A stretch of 42,761 nt of DNA, taken from a virus. Taxonomy: Duplodnaviria; Caudoviricetes. The stretch is taken from IMG/VR virus record IMGVR_UViG_3300032095_000018, positions 1 to 42,761 of that record; one strand, written 5' to 3'. The stretch's first letter is position 1; each line of letters opens with the position of its first letter. Position numbers and translations under genes: made by a program. Under the pieces are notes generated by a model. The model did no database searches. It was not told the origin of the DNA and saw only the letters and a list, made by a program, of their open reading frames with translations. Shown in pieces: positions 17,014 to 25,328 of this stretch.

Positions 17014-18117
17014 ATGGCTAGTTTCACTAAAAGGGGAAGCACCTGGCAGTATACTGTCAGTAGGATGATAGATGGAAAGTCCAAACCCATTAGGAAAGGT
17101 GGATTCCGGACAAAGAAAGAGGCTATGGTGGCAGCTGCAGAAGTTGAAGCTGATCTCCAGAAAGGAATTACTCCTCACCTAAAAAAAGAATCGTTTGATG
17201 AATACTTTGAAGAATGGATAAAAGTATATAAATCAGATATAAGTCCTGTCACACTCAAACGGTACCACGATAGCCTACAAACCATTAAAGGTTATTTTGG
17301 GAGTAAACCTATTCAAGAGATAACAAAACGTGAATATCAAGCATTTCTGAATGAATACGCACTAAATCATGCTAAAGAAACGACAAGAAAGTTGAACATC
17401 CATATTAGAGCATGTGTTAGGGAAGCAATTGATGAAGGAATTATACGTGTGGATTTCACTAGAGGAGCAGTTATAACTGGAAGTGTTGAAGCTAAGAGGC
17501 CGGAAGAAAAGCACTTGAGTTATACAGAAAGCAAACAATTGATGAGTGAGCTTTATAATCGCCTGGAAAGAAGCTTAGGCTATTATTTATTACTTCTTGC
17601 CTTAACTTCAGGTATGCGTTTTGCCGAATTGGTTGGTTTAACAAGAAAAGATTTTGACTTTAAAAACAATAAAATTACTATTAATAAGACCTGGGATTAT
17701 AAAACGGGAAGTGGATTTGCTAAAACGAAGAACGATCCATCTAATAGAACAATAAATATAGACAGTAAAACAATGAACGTATTTAAGGATTTATTTCGAA
17801 ATACTCCACCAAACATTCATAACCTTGTGTTTTTCAGTCCTCATAATGATACTAAGGTTTTAACGAATAAATTAATTAACAAGCTGCTGAAGAATACTTT
17901 AGAGAGTTTAGATATTCAGCCAATTACCGTTCATGGATTAAGGCACACTCACGCTAGTGTACTTTTATATAGAAAAATTTCTATTTATTATGTATCAGAA
18001 AGATTGGGACATGCGAATATTGATACTACACTCAGGCATTACGCCCATGTAATTAAAGAATTACGTGAAGAGGATACAAAGAATGCTATTGCCACATTTG
18101 AAAATATGGTTGTGTAA
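17014..18117 (+). CDS. int: Tyrosine integrase
   Basis: Arm-binding N-terminus (KGGFRTKKEA), SGMRFAEL, HGLRHTHAS, RLGHANIDTTLRHYAH. Confidence 0.95.
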   Translation: MASFTKRGSTWQYTVSRMIDGKSKPIRKGGFRTKKEAMVAAAEVEADLQKGITPHLKKESFDEYFEEWIKVYKSDISPVTLKRYHDSLQTIKGYFGSKPIQEITKREYQAFLNEYALNHAKETTRKLNIHIRACVREAIDEGIIRVDFTRGAVITGSVEAKRPEEKHLSYTESKQLMSELYNRLERSLGYYLLLLALTSGMRFAELVGLTRKDFDFKNNKITINKTWDYKTGSGFAKTKNDPSNRTINIDSKTMNVFKDLFRNTPPNIHNLVFFSPHNDTKVLTNKLINKLLKNTLESLDIQPITVHGLRHTHASVLLYRKISIYYVSERLGHANIDTTLRHYAHVIKELREEDTKNAIATFENMVV

Positions 18118-18367
18118 AACATGTGTAAAAAAATTATTTTTTCTATCGTTTCCAAACGGATTCTCAAAAGATAGTAATAGATTAAAAAACAGTCATAAAC
18201 CTTAATATATCAGCATATATGAGGTCTTTAACTTATTTATAACAAGCACATAATTTTACTAAAGGACGCCCTCGGCAGACGTATTATAGATTACTCTAAT
18301 CCTTGATACAACAAGGTTCTTAGCGTGTCCTGTGTAAAATTCGTGTAAAAACTTTCGGATTTACACA
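18111..18367. other. attP: arm-type repeats flanking a tRNA-3'-like core
   Basis: TGTGTAAAA at 18111, 18122 and 18331, CGTGTAAAA at 18342, inverted TTTACACA at 18360. Core 18266-18278 reads CTGCCGAGGGCGT on the - strand. Confidence 0.7.
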
Positions 18368-18493
18368 AATAAAAACAAAAGAGCACAGCGCGTATAAGTA
18401 GTGCTACCAACACTCTTATACCGTCCGCCTACTCTGAATAGGCAAACACTTGCTGTACCCTTAGATGTAGTTTATTACATTACGGGTTTCTTT

Positions 18494-18528
18494 AGCAACG
18501 GTTTGCTAACACAGGCCGTTGCTTTTTT
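18494..18528 (+). terminator. Intrinsic terminator/attenuator upstream of the HTH gene start
   Basis: AGCAACGGTTTG-CTAACA-CAGGCCGTTGCT followed by T5. Confidence 0.55.
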
Positions 18529-18550
18529 GTTTCCAAAGGGAGACATACTG

Positions 18551-19339
18551 ATGAAGAAACGAATTGATGTAATTGCTGGAGAAGAGTCTTTTTCAAACCT
18601 TTCAACATTTAGTGACATTGAAGAAATGAACAAAACGGTTCGCATCTATAAAGATCAATTAAAAACCTCTGTGAAACGTTCTGATGTACAAGTTAGATTA
18701 ATTGCATTACTGGAACTCCTAAAGCGCCACAGCTGCAAGCAAATAGGTGTAAGCTACATGTGCAAAAACACCATTGCGGACAAACTGCAATTGTCTTATA
18801 AAACAGTCCAAAGATTAGTCAAAAAATTAGAAGACCTTGGCATGATCAGCCAGGTGTCAATGAAGCGTAAGAAAGATATGCTGCAGACTGCTAATGCAAT
18901 TATTATTAAGCCTGCTAAAAATGATGTGTCCGACAAGAACCAACCGAAAAAGTCCCGGAAGTGTCCGACCATTAAAACAACCCCTGTTTCTTTAAAACAA
19001 AATATTAATAATACACGTAAAGCTGTGGTTCAATTCTCCAATTCAAATTTCATTGCTCATTGGGTTCCAGAAGCCTTTGCTTCACTTGCAGGAACCTTTT
19101 ATGAAAAAGCTGAGATTATCCAAGAATTCTGGAAGGTTGTTAAACAGTGCAACCGAGTTATTAATCATGATACAGAAGAGCGAGCATTTACATCAGCTGG
19201 GGAACTTGAAATTGGCCTAAAAGCATTCAAGGAGTTTGTTATGAAGGTGAAAGCAGGCAAGAGGATGAATAAAGGAGAATTTGCCTACTTCAACGGAATT
19301 GTAAATAAGCTAATGGATAAATATTATTGGTCCATGTAA
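18551..19339 (+). CDS. Winged-HTH protein, putative plasmid-type replication initiator
   Basis: GVSYMCKNTIADKLQLSYKTVQRLVKKLEDLGMI HTH; start likely ATG 18551 (SD AAGGGAG) rather than 18401. Confidence 0.65.
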   Translation: MKKRIDVIAGEESFSNLSTFSDIEEMNKTVRIYKDQLKTSVKRSDVQVRLIALLELLKRHSCKQIGVSYMCKNTIADKLQLSYKTVQRLVKKLEDLGMISQVSMKRKKDMLQTANAIIIKPAKNDVSDKNQPKKSRKCPTIKTTPVSLKQNINNTRKAVVQFSNSNFIAHWVPEAFASLAGTFYEKAEIIQEFWKVVKQCNRVINHDTEERAFTSAGELEIGLKAFKEFVMKVKAGKRMNKGEFAYFNGIVNKLMDKYYWSM

Positions 19340-19969
19340 TTATCTTAAATCTTCCTTGGTGAAAACCATACACAGCATGCCTACAGCTGCACAATAATTA
19401 CTCAGAATCTCCCTTCTGCTTTCAATTGTGGTGTAAAAGACGAGGACAGGCTTATGCTTATACTGCTTTTCGATTGCTGGAGACAGCAATTCATACTGTT
19501 TTATTTTCTTTTTATTCTCAGCCATGGATTGGGTACGATCTACTTCTAAAAAGTGAAAGACTTTGTGATGGGTAAAGGTTGCATCAGGAATAATCGAGGT
19601 CTCTTTGTAGGTCAGCCCACTTTGATATTTGAAGGTGATCTTCTCTTCTATCCTCCAGTCTTGTGGACGGTTAAAATACAGATACATGTCGTTTCTGAGA
19701 AGGTGATGATCTACAGCTAATGACCATTTAACATCCTTATCAGAGCCAATCAGGTCCCTACCGGTATTGTTTAAATAATACACATATTTGCCGTTATGCA
19801 TCTTAATGTGCAGAAAGTCTTTCATCCGATTCAGTACCTTTAGAGCATTACGGTCTGTGCCTAATCCATGTAGCAATTGAAGATGCTCTCTTGAGGCAAA
19901 GACCAATTTATCCAAACTTAACAAGATCTTCTCCTGCCGGCTCTTCTTTTTCTCGGTACTCGACAACAT
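19340..19969 (-). CDS. Replication-relaxation (Replic_Relax) family protein
   Basis: N-terminal wHTH, HHLLRND, IIPDATF and FLEVDRTQ PD-(D/E)xK-like motifs. Confidence 0.82.
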   Translation of the reverse strand: MLSSTEKKKSRQEKILLSLDKLVFASREHLQLLHGLGTDRNALKVLNRMKDFLHIKMHNGKYVYYLNNTGRDLIGSDKDVKWSLAVDHHLLRNDMYLYFNRPQDWRIEEKITFKYQSGLTYKETSIIPDATFTHHKVFHFLEVDRTQSMAENKKKIKQYELLSPAIEKQYKHKPVLVFYTTIESRREILSNYCAAVGMLCMVFTKEDLR

Positions 19970-21188
19970 TTTCTGGCGCTCCTTTCATTGATTGTGGTAC
20001 CTGGTATCGTTCTAATCGTTTCCACATGTCATGATCTTCTAAGAGTGGGACCTGCATCCTCTGAAGTTCATGAGTTTTATAAAGTCCCCTGCCTTTTACA
20101 TCTGATGGCAGTTCTTCAGCTCCCCTTTCATCAATGGCCACTTCTGAAGCATATCCGGATGGCAGCCTAAAGGTGACTTTACCATCAGAATTTTGTTTTA
20201 TAGAACGGGGCAAAGTATCTGATGTTGGATATTGGGTGCAGAATACTTCCCTATAGCCCAAACCTCCACCAATACGGGTGATTTCACCTAAAAAGTATTG
20301 GCACATTCCTAACATTTCTTTCTGTTCTTTTTTCATCCATTTCTCTGGTGCCAGCTGTGCTGCTTCATCCACAATGATGAACTTCCTTTTCTTGATCGGT
20401 GTATTAGAAATGTTTGTATAGAAATTTTCTTGAAAGTATTTATATTTCTCCTGCATCTGATTGTGGATGCCATCAAGCATGATTGCAGCTTCCATTGGAT
20501 TGCTGGCCACCCCTTTTACTTGCTCCAGGAGCTTATACCTTCCAAACTCCAGACCTCCCTTTAAATCGATGATATACAGCTCTACATCTTGTGGATGATA
20601 TTCAATCAAGTAAGTAACCAGGACCTTTAGAAAAACTGTTTTGCCGAAACGAGTTGTGCCGGCCACAGTCATATGAGGAATTTGTTCAAAGTCGTGCCAG
20701 AGCATTCCTTCCAGTACCTTACCTAATGGAATCACCCATTTGTTTTCCCCTGTCTTCTTATGATCTTCTGGATAGACAGGGCATTCAGGAACCAATTTAT
20801 ATGGAAATAAGTTTGGAATATCCTTCTTAAACACTTTAATCACTAAATACTTCCGCGGATCATTAGGGATCACCCAGGCTTTGAATTCGACCAATACCGG
20901 CCGGCTTAATCCATCCGAAAAGAAATGCACCTTCTTTTCCATTTCAGCCATTTTAGTTGCAGGTAAGCCTAATGGAATCTGAAATACATACTTTGTTCCA
21001 ATTTCCTCTTTGCCGTCTACAATAGGATATTTCTTTTTGAATTTAGGGAATTGCGGCTCCCCTTTTTTATTGGTGATTCCATACCCCGTATTTTCAAATA
21101 TCGTCTGAATGCTTTTCCTTTCATTGCTCCCTTTAGGTATGGCTGCAGCTCCTGCGACCAACAGGGGAAAAGCTAACCATTCAATCAT
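19908..21188 (-). CDS. FtsK/SpoIIIE-domain ATPase
   Basis: N-terminal hydrophobic segment, PHMTVAGTTRFGKT Walker A, IIDLKGG, IIVDEAAQL Walker B, TQYP. Confidence 0.9.
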   Translation of the reverse strand: MIEWLAFPLLVAGAAAIPKGSNERKSIQTIFENTGYGITNKKGEPQFPKFKKKYPIVDGKEEIGTKYVFQIPLGLPATKMAEMEKKVHFFSDGLSRPVLVEFKAWVIPNDPRKYLVIKVFKKDIPNLFPYKLVPECPVYPEDHKKTGENKWVIPLGKVLEGMLWHDFEQIPHMTVAGTTRFGKTVFLKVLVTYLIEYHPQDVELYIIDLKGGLEFGRYKLLEQVKGVASNPMEAAIMLDGIHNQMQEKYKYFQENFYTNISNTPIKKRKFIIVDEAAQLAPEKWMKKEQKEMLGMCQYFLGEITRIGGGLGYREVFCTQYPTSDTLPRSIKQNSDGKVTFRLPSGYASEVAIDERGAEELPSDVKGRGLYKTHELQRMQVPLLEDHDMWKRLERYQVPQSMKGAPENVVEYREKEEPAGEDLVKFG

Positions 21189-21340
21189 TTAACATGCGCT
21201 CCTTTCCAAAATGAACTTGTGGAACAAGTGAATGAGGACTTTAGCGAAAAGCTAAAGGAATTTCGCTCAAACCGAACCATTTAATACAAGCTATAACCCT
21301 TGAAAGCATTGATAACTAAATAGACTGTAGAACTGACTGC

Positions 21341-21610
21341 CTAAAACCCGATGACAAGGCTGCGTATGAGTGGGTTCTTAAATATAGCCCACCCGATCGC
21401 AAACAGAACACCTCCCAGGCCAACTGCCCGAACAGTCGCTTCATTGATCGGCACGCCACATTTTTCTAAAAAAAAGAGGGCCATAAGGACAGCCCCTGTA
21501 CCCACAAAGAAAGTAAGTCCCCCGTCCACCATGGATAGTAATCCGGGATCTGGAGCCATATAGGAATACCCAGAGACAAACTGCTTAAAAGGAATAACCT
21601 CGACTCTCAC
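21341..21610 (-). CDS. Small membrane protein (2 predicted TM segments)
   Basis: Two hydrophobic helices; upstream of FtsK in the same orientation. Confidence 0.7.
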   Translation of the reverse strand: MRVEVIPFKQFVSGYSYMAPDPGLLSMVDGGLTFFVGTGAVLMALFFLEKCGVPINEATVRAVGLGGVLFAIGWAIFKNPLIRSLVIGF

Positions 21611-21899
21611 GTTTCTCTTCCTCCTTCAGCTTTCTTTTCAATTTAGCTGCTGTTTGATAATAAACCTCATCATAGCTTTCAATCCCGGCATCCACACATT
21701 GATACCTTTCTAAGTAGTTCATAATGGTGCAGCAATCATTTGCAGTTTTCGCACTGAAATACAGTTGATTTAGATAATCAGACGAAAAGAGAAATTCAGT
21801 TTCATCCAGCTCATTAAAGCTGCTTTCGTACATTCTCCTCTTGGTTACTTCACTTTCTCTGTAACCATCGAAAATACTTTTTAAGATGCCATTTATCAT
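21585..21899 (-). CDS. Hypothetical protein, first gene of the FtsK cassette
   Basis: ATG with GGTGGAG SD. Confidence 0.6.
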   Translation of the reverse strand: MINGILKSIFDGYRESEVTKRRMYESSFNELDETEFLFSSDYLNQLYFSAKTANDCCTIMNYLERYQCVDAGIESYDEVYYQTAAKLKRKLKEEEKRESRGYSF

Positions 21900-22043
21900 G
21901 TATCTCCACCCTCTTTCGTTAGTGTCTGATACATTCTATGGGCGATAGCCTGGCCAGATATCTTGTCCTATTAAATTTATTCAAAAACACTTTGTCCTTT
22001 TTTAGCAGGAGTTCATTTTAATAAAGAGGAATAGATATATGAG

Positions 22044-22262
22044 GTGATGAATATGGAATATAAGTGTAAATTAAAAATGATTTTAGCCGATAAAGAAATT
22101 AAACACGGAGACTTCGCTAAAAAGATCAATATGAGTGCTGCTGGGTTAAGCGCAATCGTAAATAATAGGGCTTTACCATCTTTTGATTCAGCCTACCGTA
22201 TATGTGAAGTACTTAATCTTCATCCAAGAGATATTTGGATAAAAAACAAGGGGGAAGAATAG
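22044..22262 (+). CDS. XRE-family HTH regulator
   Basis: KCKLKMILADKEIKHGDFAKKINMSAAGLSAIVN...PSFDSAYRICEVL. Confidence 0.85.
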   Translation: MMNMEYKCKLKMILADKEIKHGDFAKKINMSAAGLSAIVNNRALPSFDSAYRICEVLNLHPRDIWIKNKGEE

Positions 22263-22774
22263 TGAAGAAATTATTCATATTGGTTTTAACATGCCTATTT
22301 CTAACTGCATGTGGAGGGAATGAAAGTGTTTCAAAAGAAAAAAACAACCTGACCATTGATGAATACGAAAAAAGAGTTGAACAGGCGTTAAAAGAAGCTG
22401 GAGATAAAACCAATTTCGAAATTTTATCTTCAAAAGAAATGGAAGAGAACGTACATGCAATTGCATTATCAGATAAAGCAGCAATATTTTTAGAAACTAA
22501 TGAAGATGGAAATATTGCTAAAGCTACTGTATCTGTTGATCCATCTGTACAATCAACAAATAATGAGGACTTCAACTTTGCTTTTGAACTATTAATTGGA
22601 ACTGCTGATGATAAATTGACATTAGGAGACAGGACCAAATTAAGACAGGATTTAGGGCTGTATGATGACAAAACATTTTCAGAGAAAACTGTTAATGTCA
22701 AAAAGCATAACGATATGACTTTCACATTTAAAAGCAATCCATCCGAAATATATATATTAGATGCAGAATTCTAA
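22262..22774 (+). CDS. Lipoprotein (possible lysogenic conversion or superinfection exclusion)
   Basis: GTG start, KKLFILVLTCLFLTA-C lipobox signal peptide. Confidence 0.75.
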   Translation: MKKLFILVLTCLFLTACGGNESVSKEKNNLTIDEYEKRVEQALKEAGDKTNFEILSSKEMEENVHAIALSDKAAIFLETNEDGNIAKATVSVDPSVQSTNNEDFNFAFELLIGTADDKLTLGDRTKLRQDLGLYDDKTFSEKTVNVKKHNDMTFTFKSNPSEIYILDAEF

Positions 22775-22780
22775 AAAAAA

Positions 22781-22810
22781 TAAACCGTCTCAATTAAGAG
22801 GCGGTTTTTA
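22781..22810. terminator. Bidirectional terminator
   Basis: AAACCGTCTC-AATTAA-GAGGCGGTTT flanked by A and T runs, between convergent genes. Confidence 0.7.
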
Positions 22811-23015
22811 TTATGCGTAGCGTTCTTGGTTGTGTTGGCTCCCAACTTATATATCCTTTGTTCTTTAGTTTATGAAGTAAATCACTAACTGTAGATGATG
22901 ATTTTAATCCCAACATATCTGCAATATCTCGAAATGCCGGTGGATAGTTGTGTGCTTTTAAATATTGTTCTATGGCTTCTAAAACTTCCTTTTGTCTCCT
23001 GGTTAGATCACGCAT
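22794..23015 (-). CDS. Stand-alone LexA DNA-binding domain protein
   Basis: LTRRQKEVLEAI...YPPAFRDIADMLGLKSSSTV...LKNKGYI...PRTL matches the LexA N-terminal wHTH; no peptidase domain. Confidence 0.85.
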   Translation of the reverse strand: MRDLTRRQKEVLEAIEQYLKAHNYPPAFRDIADMLGLKSSSTVSDLLHKLKNKGYISWEPTQPRTLRIIKTAS

Positions 23016-23235
23016 AATTAACCCCTCTTTTTCTACGTTGTTTGGCAGCTGATAAAATGTTTGCTCGTTTAAATGATCTCAGCTGCTGTTTACCAATATC
23101 GAAAGTTAGGATGCCTTCCACAGTTATTCTTCTTACAATTATAGATCTGTGGGTAAGCTTCCCAGCATCATTTATATAGATTAAATCAATCGGTAATTTA
23201 TTTTCCATTGAGTATTTAAACAAGCAATTCATCAC
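23008..23235 (-). CDS. Small WYL-like domain protein
   Basis: IDLIYINDAGKLTHRSI...QLRSFKRANI pattern of the WYL SH3-like fold. Confidence 0.6.
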   Translation of the reverse strand: MMNCLFKYSMENKLPIDLIYINDAGKLTHRSIIVRRITVEGILTFDIGKQQLRSFKRANILSAAKQRRKRGVNYA

Positions 23236-23255
23236 TTTCAGCTCCTTTTGACATA

Positions 23256-23313
23256 ATAATATACAAACACGCGTTCGAATTCAAGTTGATTTTCGAACAA
23301 ATGTTTGTATAAT
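23256..23313. promoter_or_regulatory. Divergent sigma-A promoters, each overlapped by an SOS (LexA/DinR) box
   Basis: CAAAC-ACGC-GTTCG at 23264-23277 and CGAAC-AAAT-GTTTG at 23294-23307 (consensus CGAAC-N4-GTTCG). Rightward TTGATT-N16-TATAAT; leftward TTGAAT-N17-TATTAT. Confidence 0.8.
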
Positions 23314-23338
23314 TTATAGTATAAGGAGCTGACAGGAA

Positions 23339-23668
23339 ATGATTCGTGATCGCGGAAAAAAGAAATGGCAATCTGCATTCTTTATGCCCGAGCATGTAAA
23401 AATGCTAAAACAAATGACCAATGATGATAAGAAACAAAAGAAGCCGCAGCTGGATGAACAGGAACTTGAGGAGATTGGTTTTGTCGTTATGGATTCTCTC
23501 AATTACACTATCCCAATTAAAGTGACGATCTGGCGGGATGGATTTTTTCACACTATATCTGGAATAGTCGATAAGGTGGACATGCTAATGAAATACATTT
23601 TATTTGAATGTGATGAAGGAAAAAGTAAAATAATGATTGAAGAAATTACGGGTGTTGAGAGGGTTTAG
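23339..23668 (+). CDS. yolD: YolD-like protein
   Basis: IRDRGKKKW...MPEH...KPQLDEQELEEI signature. Confidence 0.88.
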   Translation: MIRDRGKKKWQSAFFMPEHVKMLKQMTNDDKKQKKPQLDEQELEEIGFVVMDSLNYTIPIKVTIWRDGFFHTISGIVDKVDMLMKYILFECDEGKSKIMIEEITGVERV

Positions 23669-23670
23669 AG

Positions 23671-24027
23671 ATGACCAGGATTCCAGAGAAAGACCGCGAT
23701 ATTTTAGAACAAGCAATGTATCTTCCTATGCTGCTGACCATTCTTGAACGGGATCGAATCATATTTGATAAGGCGGGCTTTAAGCTAAAAGAGCCTTATC
23801 TTCAGTTAATTGAGGAAACAATAAAGGCTGTTCAAAGGGATTTAAAGGAAACGAAGTTTGCCATGAGGAAAGGCCAGATGAAGGTTGAGCAAGTTGCCCG
23901 AGATGATGATTTTACGATGTTTTTATTCATTTATAAAGGGTTTGAAGAACAGCATAATTACTTTAATCCCCGGATCCGGAATAAAGTTCAAGAGTTAATG
24001 GAGTATTATCTATATAAAGGGGTTTAA
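23671..24027 (+). CDS. Conserved hypothetical protein
   Basis: 118-aa ORF following yolD (YLPMLLTILERD...FKLKEPY). Confidence 0.7.
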   Translation: MTRIPEKDRDILEQAMYLPMLLTILERDRIIFDKAGFKLKEPYLQLIEETIKAVQRDLKETKFAMRKGQMKVEQVARDDDFTMFLFIYKGFEEQHNYFNPRIRNKVQELMEYYLYKGV

Positions 24028-24030
24028 TAA

Positions 24031-24201
24031 ATGGAACCATTAATTTATCAAATTTGGGGTGTAGGTAGGAATCTTTTAGAAGTCGAAAGGGATTTTAATC
24101 GTTTAATTGAAAAAGTGGAAAACAACAATATAAGCAAAATGGAATTATTAAGCGAGTTACACATGTTAAAATCTAAATTGTTTCCTCCTGAGAAAGATTA
24201 A
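24031..24201 (+). CDS. Small hypothetical protein (56 aa), not in the track
   Basis: ATG after AAGGGG; ends just before the bidirectional terminator. Confidence 0.5.
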   Translation: MEPLIYQIWGVGRNLLEVERDFNRLIEKVENNNISKMELLSELHMLKSKLFPPEKD

Positions 24202-24237
24202 AAAAAAGCCCCTCTCAATTAAGAGAAGGGCTTATTA
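24200..24237. terminator. Bidirectional terminator ending the lysis operon
   Basis: AAGCCCCTCTC-AATTAA-GAGAAGGGCTT with an A run. Confidence 0.7.
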
Positions 24238-25014
24238 TTATAGCTTCTTCAAAGCCTCCATCTTTGCCTTGGAAGGAGTCTCATATTTAACATACCCATC
24301 CATATTGGTAACCCAGTAGCCGCCTCCCACAGCATACTGTCCGCCATGTTTCTCATCGTAACCATATACTCGATAAACTTCTCCTGGCTGAAGCACTCGA
24401 TGGTATTTAATTTCATCCCGGCTATTGCGTTTCCAAAGATTAATTGGCTCAAGGATTGTAAGCCGCCCAATCTGTCCTTTTCGCATTGGCGAGCCGTCCC
24501 AATACACTTGTGCCGGCTTACCATAGTTTCGTACTTGCTCCATAAATTCATCTTTATCTATTCCAGTACCAGGACATGATTTCCAAGGCGCATTTTCTCT
24601 ATGAAATCGAATATATTTCTTTTGGTCATTGAAAAACTTCGCTATTTTAAGGATGGAGTCCAGCTGCTTACCTTCAAGCTTGTCCTCTCCAATATCGAAG
24701 TCACCAACCATCTCGCATGCAAACGGGATTTTGTTTTCACTGCCATTGTAGCCTGATATGCTGACTGGCTGTTTCCCAAAGTTTCGACCGGTCAAGAAAG
24801 TTCCGTCTGGGAACAAGGTAACATGCTGGGCAATGTCATCCCATTTGTTCGTAATCACATGGAAATCACGCATACCCTTCTGGATACGCTCATAATTTTT
24901 CCCATTAAAATTATCATGATTAGGCTTCCAAGTATGGTGAACATGTAACTCGGTATGGTTATACTGCTTAAGAATCAGAATTAATTCATCAGCATTTAAT
25001 TTTACAAAAGGCAT
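24238..25014 (-). CDS. Endolysin, N-acetylmuramoyl-L-alanine amidase (Amidase_2) with a C-terminal cell-wall-binding domain
   Basis: HVHHT, WDDIAQH, CEMVGDFD and FHRE...KSCPG zinc-amidase motifs. Confidence 0.9.
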   Translation of the reverse strand: MPFVKLNADELILILKQYNHTELHVHHTWKPNHDNFNGKNYERIQKGMRDFHVITNKWDDIAQHVTLFPDGTFLTGRNFGKQPVSISGYNGSENKIPFACEMVGDFDIGEDKLEGKQLDSILKIAKFFNDQKKYIRFHRENAPWKSCPGTGIDKDEFMEQVRNYGKPAQVYWDGSPMRKGQIGRLTILEPINLWKRNSRDEIKYHRVLQPGEVYRVYGYDEKHGGQYAVGGGYWVTNMDGYVKYETPSKAKMEALKKL

Positions 25015-25059
25015 TTTATTCTTCCCCTTTCAAAAATAAAAGCCGCCCTTAAAGGCAAC

Positions 25060-25317
25060 TTATTTGGTGGTTCCTGATCTATTAGTGCCTAATTCAAATA
25101 AGCCAGTGGCAGCTAATCCAGCGAATGCTCCTGCCCACAACCGGAGAATAAGCTCAAGGTCTGTGAAGGGAGATGCAGCTGCACCGATTAACAGGCCAAC
25201 AATTAAAGCAATGAGAGGCAAGAGATTCTTTGGTAAATTAACCGTGCGTTTAATCAATTCTACAAATGCCAGAACGATGGGTAAAATAATTGTTGCTAAG
25301 ATTAAAACTGTTTCCAT
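25060..25317 (-). CDS. Holin
   Basis: 2-3 TM segments, AGLAATGLFE motif, directly upstream of the endolysin. Confidence 0.88.
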   Translation of the reverse strand: METVLILATIILPIVLAFVELIKRTVNLPKNLLPLIALIVGLLIGAAASPFTDLELILRLWAGAFAGLAATGLFELGTNRSGTTK

Positions 25318-25328
25318 TTAAATCACTC

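Noticed and set aside
15900-18117. Arbitrium (AimR/AimP) communication system
   Set aside because: No TPR receptor or secreted peptide gene near the immunity region; the switch is ImmR/ImmA-type.
18111-18367. Short repeats as a CRISPR array or a full tRNA gene
   Set aside because: The repeats are only 9 bp without regular unique spacers, and only ~13 nt resemble a tRNA end; attP explains both.
22781-24237. Shared CTCAATTAAGAG core in two hairpins as mobile-element ends
   Set aside because: Both are bidirectional terminators between convergent genes, with no transposase or target duplication. They could at most be recombination points for cassette exchange.
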